Assembly (NCBI GenBank): GCA_965220995.1
Contig: OZ244856.1
Coordinates: 514,928-578,927 of the forward strand
DNA length: 64,000 nucleotides
DNA from: Acidimicrobiia bacterium
GTDB lineage: Bacteria; Actinomycetota; Acidimicrobiia; Spongiisociales; ZC4RG35
Reading direction: 5' to 3'
Shown here one piece after another: positions 18,501 to 27,601 of this stretch. The number at the start of each line of letters is the position of its first letter. The first letter of the stretch is position 1. A model generated the notes under the pieces. The model saw only the letters and a list, made by a program, of their open reading frames with translations, was not told where the DNA came from and did not search any database. Made by a program: the position numbers and the translations under genes.

Positions 18501-19122
18501 CATCAAAGCAGACTCTGACCTGCCCGGCGGTCACCACAAACGTCAGGTCCGAACGGTTCTGTCTGATCCCCACCCAGATTGGCATGGGTTCGGTCACCAC
18601 CCACGAGCCGGGAAGGGCCGAAGCCAGACTCTGCACCGACGTCCCTTGATAGAAGTGTTCCAGGATCTGAACCTGGTTATAGCCCTCGATCGCCATACCC
18701 AGGGCCCCGAACTGGGTCAGCCCCACTCCATGTCCATGGCCGGCCCCATCAATAGTGATCTGCACCCGGTCGGCGTTGACCGCGGCATTCGGGAACATCA
18801 CCCTCCAGGAGGCGGGGCCCACGATCCCGTCACCCACCAGACCATTGGCTACCTGCCACCGGATGGTCGCCGCCCTGGTCTGTTCCCCGAAAGCGCCGTC
18901 TGCGCTGATGCCCAACGCCTCCTGCCACACCCGGACCGCCTCTCCCCGGCTGCCCAACCGCAGCGGTTCTCCCGGATATTCCTGCGCCGCCACCGGGATG
19001 ATGGTGGTGGATACCAGGAGGGCCACTCCCAGTGCCGCCACCAGGCGAGGCAAGCGGCGCCTACGGGTTTTCTTTCTGTGGTTTCTCAAGTTAAAGCCCA
19101 ACAATGCTCGAACAGGCGCCAA
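15514..19122 (-). CDS. Large secreted cell-wall protein: SpoIID/LytB domain, FN3-like domain and 6 or more peptidoglycan-binding (PG_binding_1) repeats
   Basis: Signal peptide. Reiterated LRxGSxGxxVxxWQxALGxxADGxFG modules. SpoIID-like block YVAGIAEVPAGWPDAALRAQAIAARSYA. Confidence 0.75.
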   Translation of the reverse strand: MAPVRALLGFNLRNHRKKTRRRRLPRLVAALGVALLVSTTIIPVAAQEYPGEPLRLGSRGEAVRVWQEALGISADGAFGEQTRAATIRWQVANGLVGDGIVGPASWRVMFPNAAVNADRVQITIDGAGHGHGVGLTQFGALGMAIEGYNQVQILEHFYQGTSVQSLASALPGSWVVTEPMPIWVGIRQNRSDLTFVVTAGQVRVCFDGDYDSYPVLVEGKTLERDNTFTDVVLTRLVELGYLQSVPGGFDGTVRDAVRSFQADQGLQADGAVGSSTWEALLSDSGLPECAGAYYLDAGERLAVTAAGGGSCSTNLVGTATECHLSIQGLTPANRVGLEGLRYGSNMTEFAHGNVRLRPSGNRIHFSMQLDIEDYVAGIAEVPAGWPDAALRAQAIAARSYAIYGMLRRGSGPSLSSARRSSCWCHVLSDSRDQVYAGWNREIQADGRWATVGARPTAGMVITHPQESETVVQAFYSASSGGATEDSSTLWGTAGRPYLVSVRDPWSIDPAVNPGAYWSKTVSLADLLEIFNLEGRFSEVVSVSTVPYPWGSAEHVKIVGIRGGTRVTERVSASTIKSSLRLRSRYFVIDYLAPGWSPPPAPTGVTVTGGTAATVRWDPVPARFDPGRYTVTVTPAHVDPVVVEGSQTEAVVTGLRRGVDYSFTVMATNQVGDGPPSAATSPRVVIAEQPYPGAPLRQGSRGEPVRLWQEALGVTADGDFGPATAAATRLWQEENGLNPDGIVGEQSWNKMFASPPEPESDPDPEPAPDPEPEAGTQPQSPTTDSGVPSYPGFLLRVGSQGKWVRTWQAALGVRADGYFGAATARATRQWQERNGLNPDGVVGLESWQTMFPGAGVEQPATPPDKNGSSDSGGDGNGSDGNVPSYPGTPLRVGSQGMDVIVWQRALGIAPDGDFGPATLVATKAWQYQQGLTADGTVDAESWGRMFAGAGTRQPSSTDVGSREENVAAPTPAYPGQPLRRGSRGADVVTWQRAVGVTADGSFGPQTERATRNWQRDNGLAVSGIVDADDWREMFSGGSSGATNVARWSSVLLEEGDEGPRVQVWQIALNANVQGANIEVDGVFGDDTVRYTKSWQRHEGIAASGRVTQAAWDRMFPEGSPPGGDDGSVIATSFPLQKDDSGPLVRRWQEALNANVPGANIAVTGEFDDDTDRNTKYWKRRNGVTPVDGRVTEANWYRMFPDER

Positions 19123-19164
19123 AACCCAACCGCCGCAATCTCTTAGGTTAGATCGTCCGGGCGG

Positions 19165-20871
19165 TTAGGCAGTTACCGGAAAGCGGCGGCCGATCGTCAC
19201 CGGGGTACCCCCGCCCAAGCTGGGAACCACCGCCCGCTTGGCGCTCTTGGCGTGGTAGCTGGATCGCACCAGGGGTCCCGACTCCACGTGCGGGATTCCC
19301 AGGCGCCGGGCCTGGGCGCGGTACTCCTCGAACTCGTCGGGATGGACATAACGATGCACGGGTCGATGCCGGGGGCTGGGCCGCAGGTACTGCCCGATGG
19401 TCACAATGTCTACCCCCACCGCCCGCAGGTCCGCCAGGGCGCCCATCACCTCGGCGCGGGTTTCCCCCATACCCACGATCAGTCCCGATTTGACCAGACC
19501 CTCGGGATGAAGCCGCTTGGCCCGCGCCAGCAACGCCAGGGAACGTCCGTAATTGGCGGATGTTCGGATCTCTCGCTGCAGTCGGACCACCGTCTCGGTG
19601 TTGTGATTGAGGACATCGGGGTGTTCGGCCATCACGGTGGACAACGCCTCTTGGTCGCCCTTGAAGTCGGGGATCAGCACCTCGATGTCAGTATGGGGAG
19701 ACCGGGCCCGGGTTTCCCGGATGGTGGCGGCGAACACAGCCGATCCGCCGTCGGCCAGGTCATCCCGGTTTACCGAGGTAATCACGGCATGACCCAGGCC
19801 CATGCGGGAAATAGCCTCGGCGGCCCGGTGAGGCTCGTCCAGATCCAGACCCAGGGGCCGAGCGGTGGTCACGTGGCAGAATCCACAGGCGCGGGTGCAG
19901 CGATCTCCCAGGATCATCAGGGTGGCGGTGCCCATTCCCCAGCATTCGTAGATGTTGGGGCAGCCGGCCTCCTCGCACACCGTGTTGAGATCCAGGGACC
20001 TCATCAACTTTCGAAGCTGCAGGAACTCGGGGTCCATGCGAGCCGTGACCCGCAACCAGGGAGGTCGCTCGGGCTCGCCGGGGAGTCGGCGGGTGTTCCG
20101 GGAAGCGGCGGGGGCCGGGCGGTCGGGCGAGAAGGTCCCCCCCTGCAGCAATCGGTCCACTTCGAAATCCCGCGGCCGGCCCTGACCCCGAACGAAGGCG
20201 GCCGATTGGGTCTCGGTTTCCGGATAGTCGAACACCTCGGCAAACCGCGGAACGAAGGCCTCCACGGCCTCCTGCAGCGACACTCGTCTGCCCAAAAGCT
20301 CCGAAACGGAAGTCACCGACCGGGTGGTGATGCCGCACGGATTGATGTAGCCGAAGTACTCCATCTGCGGGTGCAGATTCAGGGCGAAGCCATGCATGGA
20401 GACCCGCCGGGAAACCCGGACCCCGATCGCCGCCACCTTGCCTCGCTCGGTCCACACCCCGGTGAGTCCCCGCTCGCTCCACGACTCCACCCCCAGATCC
20501 GACAGGGTGGCGATCAACGCCTTTTCCAGGGAACGCACATAGTCGGTGACCCGGCCGGGCTTCACCCCGATCAGGGGGTACCCCACCAGTTGACCGGGTC
20601 CGTGATAAGTGACATCGCCGCCCCGATCGACCTGGAAGTACTCCGCTCCCACTTCCGAGAGTCCGTCGGAGTCGATCAGTAGATGCGACCCGTCTCCCCG
20701 ACGTCCCACTGTGTAAACGTGGGGGTGTTCCAAGAGAAACAGGTAGTCATCGGTGATGGCTTCCGACGACCGTCGTTCCCACACCGCCCGCTGGAGATCC
20801 CAAGCCTCCGCATAGGGCAGTCGGCTCAACCATCGGACCCGCAAGAGCGGGGTGGGGGCCCCCGAGGTCAC
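19165..20871 (-). CDS. In-frame fusion of octanoyltransferase LipB (N-terminal) and lipoyl synthase LipA (C-terminal)
   Basis: Residues 1-225 are LipB-like (HPHVYTVGRRG...GFALNL). A ~50-aa linker follows. LipA then starts at PPWLRV and carries the radical-SAM cluster (CEEAGCPNIYECW...CTRACGFCHV). Uninterrupted 568-aa ORF. Confidence 0.8.
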   Translation of the reverse strand: MTSGAPTPLLRVRWLSRLPYAEAWDLQRAVWERRSSEAITDDYLFLLEHPHVYTVGRRGDGSHLLIDSDGLSEVGAEYFQVDRGGDVTYHGPGQLVGYPLIGVKPGRVTDYVRSLEKALIATLSDLGVESWSERGLTGVWTERGKVAAIGVRVSRRVSMHGFALNLHPQMEYFGYINPCGITTRSVTSVSELLGRRVSLQEAVEAFVPRFAEVFDYPETETQSAAFVRGQGRPRDFEVDRLLQGGTFSPDRPAPAASRNTRRLPGEPERPPWLRVTARMDPEFLQLRKLMRSLDLNTVCEEAGCPNIYECWGMGTATLMILGDRCTRACGFCHVTTARPLGLDLDEPHRAAEAISRMGLGHAVITSVNRDDLADGGSAVFAATIRETRARSPHTDIEVLIPDFKGDQEALSTVMAEHPDVLNHNTETVVRLQREIRTSANYGRSLALLARAKRLHPEGLVKSGLIVGMGETRAEVMGALADLRAVGVDIVTIGQYLRPSPRHRPVHRYVHPDEFEEYRAQARRLGIPHVESGPLVRSSYHAKSAKRAVVPSLGGGTPVTIGRRFPVTA

Positions 20872-22178
20872 TTCAGTTCCTGTTCCCAGTTCCAGGATTC
20901 CAGGTTGTGCTTGATGCGCTGCAGGAACAGGACCGCCGTGGATCCGTCGAATGCGCGATGATCCCAGGAGAAACCCAAGAAACCGGTGTGCCGAATGGCC
21001 AGGGCATCCCGCCCGTCGGCGGTGGTCACCACCACCGGCCGTTTGGCCACCGTGTCGGTGGAAAGAATGGCCACGTTGGGCACGTTGATGATCGGGGCCG
21101 ACATGTACGCCCCGAACGGACCGGGATTGGTGATGGTGAAGGTTGAGCCGGTCATCAGATCGGGGCCCAGTTGGCGCCGGCGCGCTCCGGTGGCCAGCCG
21201 CCGGATCTGGCGAGCCAACCCCGCCAACCGGAGGTCCTCGGCATCGCGGATGGTCACCACCACCAGGCCCTCCTGGTCAAGATCCACCGCGATCCCCAGG
21301 TGGATCCGGTCGTGGTGAACCGCCTTGCGCTCCTCTAGGAAAAAGGAACTGTTCACCACCGGGAAGGCCCGCAGGGCGTCGATCACCGCCCGACAGACAA
21401 ACGGGAGGTAGGTGAGGGAGAAACCCTCCTTTCGCTTGAAGTCGTCGCGGTGCGCGGCCCGCACCTCGGCAATCGGCTCGTAATCCACCTCCATGGCGCT
21501 CCAAACGTGGGCGGCCGTTCGGCGGGAGTTGATCATGTTCTCACCGATGCGGACCCTCAGCCGGCTCAAATCGGTCTTCTCCCCAGGCTCTCCGCCAACC
21601 GGCGGAGCGCTGGGCGCCGCCACCGGCGGTTTGGGAGTCGGGGAAACGACCGGCGAAGGTTCCGAAGCGGGCTCGGCGGGCGACGATGGGGCCAGGGTGT
21701 CCAGATAAGCCTCCACGTCCCGACGGGACACCCGGCCGCCCTGGCCGGTCCCCCGAATCAGATTGATGTCGATCCCATGGCGGCGCACCAGACGACGGAC
21801 CACCGGGGTAAGGCGAACCGAGCGGCGGGAAGAAGACGGCGGGGGCGTGGACACCGCCTGCACCGGAGCTTCCACCACCGCCGGGGCCGGCGCCTCCTCG
21901 GGCGGGGGACTCTCGGGAGGCTCCTCCCCGGAGGGGGTCTGGTCCGCCGCGCCCACCACGCACAGTTCGGTTCCCACCTCCACGGTCGCCCCCTCTTCCA
22001 CCAATATCTCCAGCATGGTTCCCGACACCGGCGAGGGCACCTCCGTGTCAACCTTGTCGGTGGAGATCTCCACCACGATCTCCCCCTGGGCAATGGTGTC
22101 CCCCACCCCCTTGGCCCACCGCAGAATGGTTCCCTCGGTGATCGTCTCGCCCAGTTGGGGCATGGGGATGGTGGTCAT
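20868..22178 (-). CDS. 2-oxoacid dehydrogenase E2 component (dihydrolipoyllysine-residue acyltransferase), single lipoyl domain
   Basis: Lipoyl domain ISTDKVDTEVPSPVSG, a Pro/Ala linker, an E3-binding domain and a catalytic domain. Start trimmed to MTTIPMPQLGE. Confidence 0.85.
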   Translation of the reverse strand: MTTIPMPQLGETITEGTILRWAKGVGDTIAQGEIVVEISTDKVDTEVPSPVSGTMLEILVEEGATVEVGTELCVVGAADQTPSGEEPPESPPPEEAPAPAVVEAPVQAVSTPPPSSSRRSVRLTPVVRRLVRRHGIDINLIRGTGQGGRVSRRDVEAYLDTLAPSSPAEPASEPSPVVSPTPKPPVAAPSAPPVGGEPGEKTDLSRLRVRIGENMINSRRTAAHVWSAMEVDYEPIAEVRAAHRDDFKRKEGFSLTYLPFVCRAVIDALRAFPVVNSSFFLEERKAVHHDRIHLGIAVDLDQEGLVVVTIRDAEDLRLAGLARQIRRLATGARRRQLGPDLMTGSTFTITNPGPFGAYMSAPIINVPNVAILSTDTVAKRPVVVTTADGRDALAIRHTGFLGFSWDHRAFDGSTAVLFLQRIKHNLESWNWEQELK

Positions 22179-22191
22179 AAGGCTCCTTGGA

Positions 22192-23565
22192 TCAGTGCAG
22201 ACTGCGGCCCGTGGCCGACAGCAGTGTCTCTCCCACAGCTTCGGACAGGGTGGGATGGGCGTGAATGAAGGCTGCCGCCTCTTCGGGCAGCGCTTCCCAG
22301 CCCACCGCATACATAAGTTCGTGGATCATCTCCCCGGCCTGCGGGCCCACCACCGCCGCTCCCAGAAGAGGCCCGTCCTTTTCCGCCAACACCTTCACCA
22401 TGCCCTGACTCTGGCCGATGATGAGGGCTCTGCCCACACCACCGAAGGGATGCTTGGTCACTTCCACTTCCAGGCCCATCGCCGCTGCCTGAGAAGCGGT
22501 GATACCCACTTCCGCCACCTCCGGATGCGTGTAGGTCACCCGGGGGATCACCCGGTAGTCAACCGGGGCCGGTTCCCCGGTGGCGATCCAGGTTGCCACG
22601 GCAATGCCCTCGGCGAACGCCGCATGGGCAAGCTGGGGCGTACCGGCCACGATATCCCCCACCGCAAACAAACCCGGTTCGGAGGTTTCCATGGTTTGGG
22701 GATCCACCTCCACATATCCCCGATCCACCCCGGCCCTCACCGATTCCAGTCCGACCCCCTCGGTGTTCGGCCCCCGGCCCACCGCCACCAACGCCACATC
22801 CACCTCGATGCTTTTGTCCCGAAAGGGGACTCTGACGCCGGAGTCGGTGATCTCGGCCGGCCCCACACCGGTCTTCAGATAGAACTTCACGCCCCGCTTG
22901 GACAGCTGGCGCATCAACTGGCGGGAGGCGTCGGGGTCGCCTCCCGGAATCAACTGCTTTTCCAGTTCGAAGACATGCACCTGCGACCCCAGGTCCACCA
23001 GCAGGGAAGCGAACTCGCAGCCGATCACCCCTCCGCCGATGATCGCCACCCGCTTCGGACGGGAAGACCAGTTCACGGCCTGGTCCGAAGTCACGATCCG
23101 CTCGCCGTCGATCTCCCAACCGGGGATGCTCCTGGGGTGCGAACCGGTGGCCAACACCACCGACTTTCCCCGCAGGGTGTTTCCCCCTTCCACCTCCACC
23201 TTCCCGGCGCCGCCCAGCCGGCCCCGCCCCGCCACCACCTCCACTCCCCGGCGGCGCAGCAGACCTCCCAGACCGGTGACCAGTTGATTTACCACCCGGT
23301 CCTTGCGGGCCAGAGCCGCCGCCCAATCCAACTCCGGCGGCGAGGACATCACCCCGAAGTCCCCGGCGTTTTTCACGGTGGAGAACACCTCGGCGATCTG
23401 CAACCACTGTTTGGCCGGAATGCATCCCCGCAGAAGACAGGTGCCTCCCGGCTTCTCCTGTTCCACCAGCGCCACCGAAAGGTCGAAGTTGCGGGCGTAC
23501 AGGGCGGTGGCGTAACCTCCCGGGCCCCCTCCCAGGATCACGACATCGAATTCGGACTCAGTCAT
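22192..23565 (-). CDS. lpdA: Dihydrolipoyl dehydrogenase (E3)
   Basis: FAD motif DVVILGGGPGGY. Redox-active disulfide GTCLLRGCIPAK. NAD and dimerisation domains. Confidence 0.9.
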   Translation of the reverse strand: MTESEFDVVILGGGPGGYATALYARNFDLSVALVEQEKPGGTCLLRGCIPAKQWLQIAEVFSTVKNAGDFGVMSSPPELDWAAALARKDRVVNQLVTGLGGLLRRRGVEVVAGRGRLGGAGKVEVEGGNTLRGKSVVLATGSHPRSIPGWEIDGERIVTSDQAVNWSSRPKRVAIIGGGVIGCEFASLLVDLGSQVHVFELEKQLIPGGDPDASRQLMRQLSKRGVKFYLKTGVGPAEITDSGVRVPFRDKSIEVDVALVAVGRGPNTEGVGLESVRAGVDRGYVEVDPQTMETSEPGLFAVGDIVAGTPQLAHAAFAEGIAVATWIATGEPAPVDYRVIPRVTYTHPEVAEVGITASQAAAMGLEVEVTKHPFGGVGRALIIGQSQGMVKVLAEKDGPLLGAAVVGPQAGEMIHELMYAVGWEALPEEAAAFIHAHPTLSEAVGETLLSATGRSLH

Positions 23566-23710
23566 TGAACGAGGTCAAAATAGGTCATCATGTTGATTTT
23601 ATCCCGCCGGGGCATATCATCAGCAGGGTGCCCACCCGGTATCTGCTCATAGCCTCGGCGGTGGTGGGGCTGGCCATCCTGGTGGCCGGGGCGATCTGGT
23701 TCCTGCGTCT

Positions 23711-24632
23711 CTATTTCTGATCGGGCGCCATGGCCTCGACCGCCGCCTCGATACCCTCCTCGCCGACCGGCACCGGGCGTATCACCAATTCGTCGAGGCC
23801 GCCGACCCGGTAGGAGTCCAGGGCCGCCCGACATTGGGAGGGCGTACCCGAGATTCCCAGACGCTCTGCCGCGGCTCCCGGATCGTCAGGGTCAAGTCCC
23901 TGCTGCACAGCATGCCTTCGATAGGCCGGCAGTCGCAGGTATTGGCCCAGATCGGCGGCCAAGGCCTGTTTGGCCGCCTTCGGGTCCGATGAAACCGCCA
24001 CCCGCACGTAGGCGGCGATGTGGAAAAAAGAAGCTCCCCGAGAGAACCCTCGCAGCCATTGGGCGGTGGACCGCAGATGGGAGGCGGTGCACCAATTGAG
24101 CAACACCCCGTCGGCCTCCGCAACAGCCAACTGCAACATGCGCGGACCCATGGCGCCCACCACCGTCCAGATCGGACCGCCGGCCAGAAGGCCCAACCGG
24201 GCGCCTTCCACCGAGAACACCTCGCCCCGATGGGTGACCCTCCGGCCGTGGCGAAGGCCGTTGACGATCTTGAGATAATCGGAAACGGCCGCAAGCGGCG
24301 AGGAAAGATCGAACCCGAAGTAGCGACGGGCGAGCACCGGATGCCCCGAACCGATTCCCAGCACCATCCGACCCGGCCCGGCCGCGGCCGCCACCGAAGC
24401 GGCCCCCATGGCCGCCGCCATCGGAGGGCGAACATAGACCGGCGCCACCCCCGTGGCCAGTCGGATCCGGGCGGTGGCTGACGCCCAGGCCGCCAGGGTG
24501 GAGAACGCCTCCCGGGCCACCGATTCGTTGGTCCAGGCCGCGTGATACCCGAGTTGTTCGGCCCTCACCACCACCTCGGTGAGCCGCTGGTGGGAAAGGC
24601 GCGGGTCGACCAGGGAGACGCCGGTCTCCATC
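23711..24632 (-). CDS. LLM-class (luciferase-like) flavin/F420-dependent oxidoreductase
   Basis: TIM-barrel LLM motifs, including METGVSLVDPRLSHQRLTEVV. ORF-track start trimmed to METGVS; the upstream extension is Ser/Arg low-complexity. Confidence 0.75.
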
Positions 24633-24972
24633 AGACAGACCCGGAGACGGAGACCTCTGCCCGACAGTTGGGACAGATGGCTACTTCGATGGCCCCCACG
24701 ATGAAACTGAAAGAGCACAGAGGACAGGCAACCCGCGGGGAGGGAACTTCGGGCGGCGGAGGTGGCTGAGCGCCCGGATGCTGAGGACCCGGCGGCTGCA
24801 TACCCGCAAAACCCGGTCCTGGACCTTCGGGCGGCGGAGGACCCGGCGGAACTCCCCCCGGGCCGGGCATGGGACCTTTCACCTGGTTCATCGCTCCACA
24901 GTGTGGGCATGAAAAACGGCCCGGACGGCTAATCGTGACGCTGGCCCGACAAGCGCCGCATCTCACTCTCAT
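24631..24972 (-). CDS. Small double zinc-ribbon protein with Pro/Gly-rich central linker
   Basis: Two CxxC...CxxC pairs (CGACRASVTISRPGRFSCPHC and CPLCSFSFIVGAIEVAICPNC) flank PPGPPPPEGPGPG. Its stop overlaps the LLM start. Confidence 0.55.
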   Translation of the reverse strand: MRVRCGACRASVTISRPGRFSCPHCGAMNQVKGPMPGPGGVPPGPPPPEGPGPGFAGMQPPGPQHPGAQPPPPPEVPSPRVACPLCSFSFIVGAIEVAICPNCRAEVSVSGSV

Positions 24973-24975
24973 CGC

Positions 24976-25428
24976 TCAACCTTTCTCCTCTTCCGCCAAC
25001 CGGCCGACTTTCTCTCCCACCGCCCCGATGCTGTGGAGGTATTCGGCTTCAAGTTCCAAGACGGTTCGGATGTCATCAGAGGGTATCTCGATCCCGTGCC
25101 GCTCGGCAATCCGACCCCGGATGTATTCCACCGAGGCCTCCGAACCCCCCGCCACCGTCTCCACCGGACGGTGACGATCCTTTTGGGCCAGGCCCTGAAG
25201 GTAAAAAAGCTCCCATTCCACGATCCTCTGGATACCGGCGCCTCCCACCCGTTCCCGAACCTGGGGGTCGAGGTTGTCCCGGATGTAGCGACGCGCCTCG
25301 GAGACCACGTACACCGCCTGCGGTCCGGTCCTGCGACGCTTGGCCTCCTGCCACAGAAGAATCGCCACCAGGGATAGGAACACGGCCCCCAGCAACGCCC
25401 CCAGTGCGACCGTGGTGAACCCCGACAT
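24976..25428 (-). CDS. Membrane-anchored hypothetical protein (single N-terminal TM)
   Basis: Start trimmed to MSGFTTVALGALLGAVFL. The upstream ORF extension is Arg/Gly low-complexity. Confidence 0.5.
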   Translation of the reverse strand: MSGFTTVALGALLGAVFLSLVAILLWQEAKRRRTGPQAVYVVSEARRYIRDNLDPQVRERVGGAGIQRIVEWELFYLQGLAQKDRHRPVETVAGGSEASVEYIRGRIAERHGIEIPSDDIRTVLELEAEYLHSIGAVGEKVGRLAEEEKG

Positions 25429-25445
25429 CTGTGGCCCCCGGGGTT

Positions 25446-26570
25446 CTAAAGACCCAGCTGAGCGGCGATCTTTTCTCGATGGTGGGACGGGTCGCCGAAC
25501 AGCAGTTCCGAACTCTTGGCCCTCTTGAAATAGAGGTGGGCGTCGTGCTCCCAGGTAAACCCGATGCCGCCATGGATCTGGATGTTTTCCCCCGCCGCCG
25601 AAAAGTACGCCTCCGAGCAATAGGACTTGGCCAGGGCGGCCATCAGGCTGCGTTCCTCGTTGTCCTCGCTCACCGCCCAGGCGGCGTAATAGGCGGCGGA
25701 ACGAGCGGCCTCCACCCCGGCCAGCATGTCGGCGCACTTGTGTTTGATGGCCTGAAAAGATCCGATCGGGCGCCCGAACTGCTTTCGGACCTTGGCGTAG
25801 GAGACCGCCATCTCAAGACATGCCTGTGCCCCTCCCACCTGTTCGGCCGCCAGGGCCACCGCGGCCTTTTCCACCATCCTTTCCAAAACGGGCCACCCTC
25901 CCCCTTCGGGTCCCAGGAGAGCCTCCGGCCCCACTCTCACATTCTGCAACTCGATCTCGGCTTGCTTGCGGGTTTGATCCATGGTTTGCAGTCCCCGCCG
26001 ATGCACGCCTTCGGCCTCGGCGGGGGTCAGAAACAGCGAAACCCCGGCGTCGGTGCGAGCCGCCACCACCAACAGATCGGCGGTGTGACCGTCCAGCACG
26101 AAGCTCTTGGTCCCCTCCAGGTTCCACCCGCCCCCCGCGCCGGGATGCGCCCGGGTCTGGACACCGTCGGCATCCCACCTTCCGTTCGGCTCGGTGAACG
26201 CCACCGCCACCCGCAGGTCCCCTTCCGCAATCGCCGGAAGAATCTCTCCCTTCTGTCGGTCGTCGCCGGCCTCTTCCACCACCGTGGCCGCCATCACCAC
26301 CGTCGAAAGAAACGGAGCGCAGAACAGCGACCTGCCCTGCTCCTCCAACAGCACGAACAGTTCCAGGAAACTGAAACCCGCCCCTCCCCACTTTTCGGGT
26401 ATGGCCATACCGAGCCATCCCATCTCGGCGATGGCTGTCCAGTGGCCGGGGTCATAGCCGTGTTCGGTTTCCATCAAACGGCGTACGGTTTCCGTGGCGC
26501 AGTTGCTATCGAGCCACTGTCGGGTGTAGCGGCGCAATTCCTCCTGTTCCTCGGTGAAGGAAAAGTTCAT
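25446..26570 (-). CDS. Acyl-CoA dehydrogenase
   Basis: 374 aa with ACAD N-terminal, middle and C-terminal domains (FTEPNGRWDADG...QIHGGIGFTWEHDAHLYFKRAK). Confidence 0.9.
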   Translation of the reverse strand: MNFSFTEEQEELRRYTRQWLDSNCATETVRRLMETEHGYDPGHWTAIAEMGWLGMAIPEKWGGAGFSFLELFVLLEEQGRSLFCAPFLSTVVMAATVVEEAGDDRQKGEILPAIAEGDLRVAVAFTEPNGRWDADGVQTRAHPGAGGGWNLEGTKSFVLDGHTADLLVVAARTDAGVSLFLTPAEAEGVHRRGLQTMDQTRKQAEIELQNVRVGPEALLGPEGGGWPVLERMVEKAAVALAAEQVGGAQACLEMAVSYAKVRKQFGRPIGSFQAIKHKCADMLAGVEAARSAAYYAAWAVSEDNEERSLMAALAKSYCSEAYFSAAGENIQIHGGIGFTWEHDAHLYFKRAKSSELLFGDPSHHREKIAAQLGL

Positions 26571-27601
26571 TGTCTCTCTTCTGTCACTGGGCTGTTTTCC
26601 CGAAGATAACCTACCGCGTCGGAAATCGATTCCACGGCCACGATCTCCACGTCCACCGGGGCGGTGCCGGCTTCCGCGTAATTGCCCCGGGGCACCAGCA
26701 CCACGTCGGCGCCGGCGGCTTCGGCCGCCACCAGTTTCTGCCGGATACCCCCGATGGCGCCCACCGACCCGTCCATGCTGATGGTTCCGGTGCCCGCCAC
26801 CACCCTCCCGTTGGTCAGACTCCCCTCCTCCAAGAGGTCGATCACCGCCAGGGTGTAGATCATCCCCGCCGAGGGTCCCCCGTAGTTTTCGGAGTCGATC
26901 TCGATCGGGTAGGCGGTGGATGCGGTGATACCCACCATGGCCCGATCGGGCGAGTCGGGATTGGAATGCAACTCAAAGCCGAGGAGAACCTGCTCCTCGT
27001 CCCGAATCACCATCACCTCCACCCGATCCCCCGGTTGGTGGTTTTCCAATATGTTCCGAATGTCCTCCACGGTTCGGACCGGCCGGTCCTCCATCTCCAC
27101 CACCAGATCACCCTCGATCAAGGTCTCGAATGCCGGCGCATCGGACAGTATCCCCACCACCTTCACTCCCTCGGACAGGGTGTCTTCCAAGCCCAGTTCG
27201 GCCAGGGCCACGGCGATGGCGATGTCCTTGGATCTTTCCATGGCCTGTAGACCCCTCCGGCGGGCCTCCTCGTTGGTTTCGCCCTGGGGACGAAGGACTT
27301 CCCGCTCGATCAGGTCTATCCGACCGTCGAAAAAGGCCACCGCCGCCTCGTAGAGATTGACCGGCTGCAGGCTGACCGTGAGCAGCAGCAGTTCTCCTTC
27401 GGGCTGAAAAACAGGGAAGCCTTCCTCCACCACCACCGCGTCCACCGCGTCGCCGGTGGGGCCGGCCGACGCGGAGAAGTAGGGAAGGTCGATCATCCAT
27501 CCCACCGGCGTCAACAGCGCCAGGACCACGGCCGTCCACAGCAGCGCCGGCCACCGGGGTCGGGAACGGGGCGAGACGGGAGGGGAGTCGGGTACGGTCA
27601 T
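26567..27601 (-). CDS. Membrane-anchored PDZ domain protein with Lon-like (S16) proteolytic domain (YlbL-like)
   Basis: N-terminal TM, a PDZ segment (GDLVVEMEDRPVRTVEDIRNIL), and a Lon C-terminal-like domain (YGGPSAGMIYTLAVIDLL...GTGTISMDGSVGAIGG). Start trimmed to MTVPDSPP. Confidence 0.75.
   Translation of the reverse strand: MTVPDSPPVSPRSRPRWPALLWTAVVLALLTPVGWMIDLPYFSASAGPTGDAVDAVVVEEGFPVFQPEGELLLLTVSLQPVNLYEAAVAFFDGRIDLIEREVLRPQGETNEEARRRGLQAMERSKDIAIAVALAELGLEDTLSEGVKVVGILSDAPAFETLIEGDLVVEMEDRPVRTVEDIRNILENHQPGDRVEVMVIRDEEQVLLGFELHSNPDSPDRAMVGITASTAYPIEIDSENYGGPSAGMIYTLAVIDLLEEGSLTNGRVVAGTGTISMDGSVGAIGGIRQKLVAAEAAGADVVLVPRGNYAEAGTAPVDVEIVAVESISDAVGYLRENSPVTEERQ

Noticed and set aside
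19141-19162. IdeR/DtxR iron box (ttaggttagatcgtccgg)
   Set aside because: Only the first half-site TTAGGTTAG matches the 19-bp consensus TTAGGTTAGGCTAACCTAA, and the second half is unrelated. It is also not upstream of the iron-transport operon.
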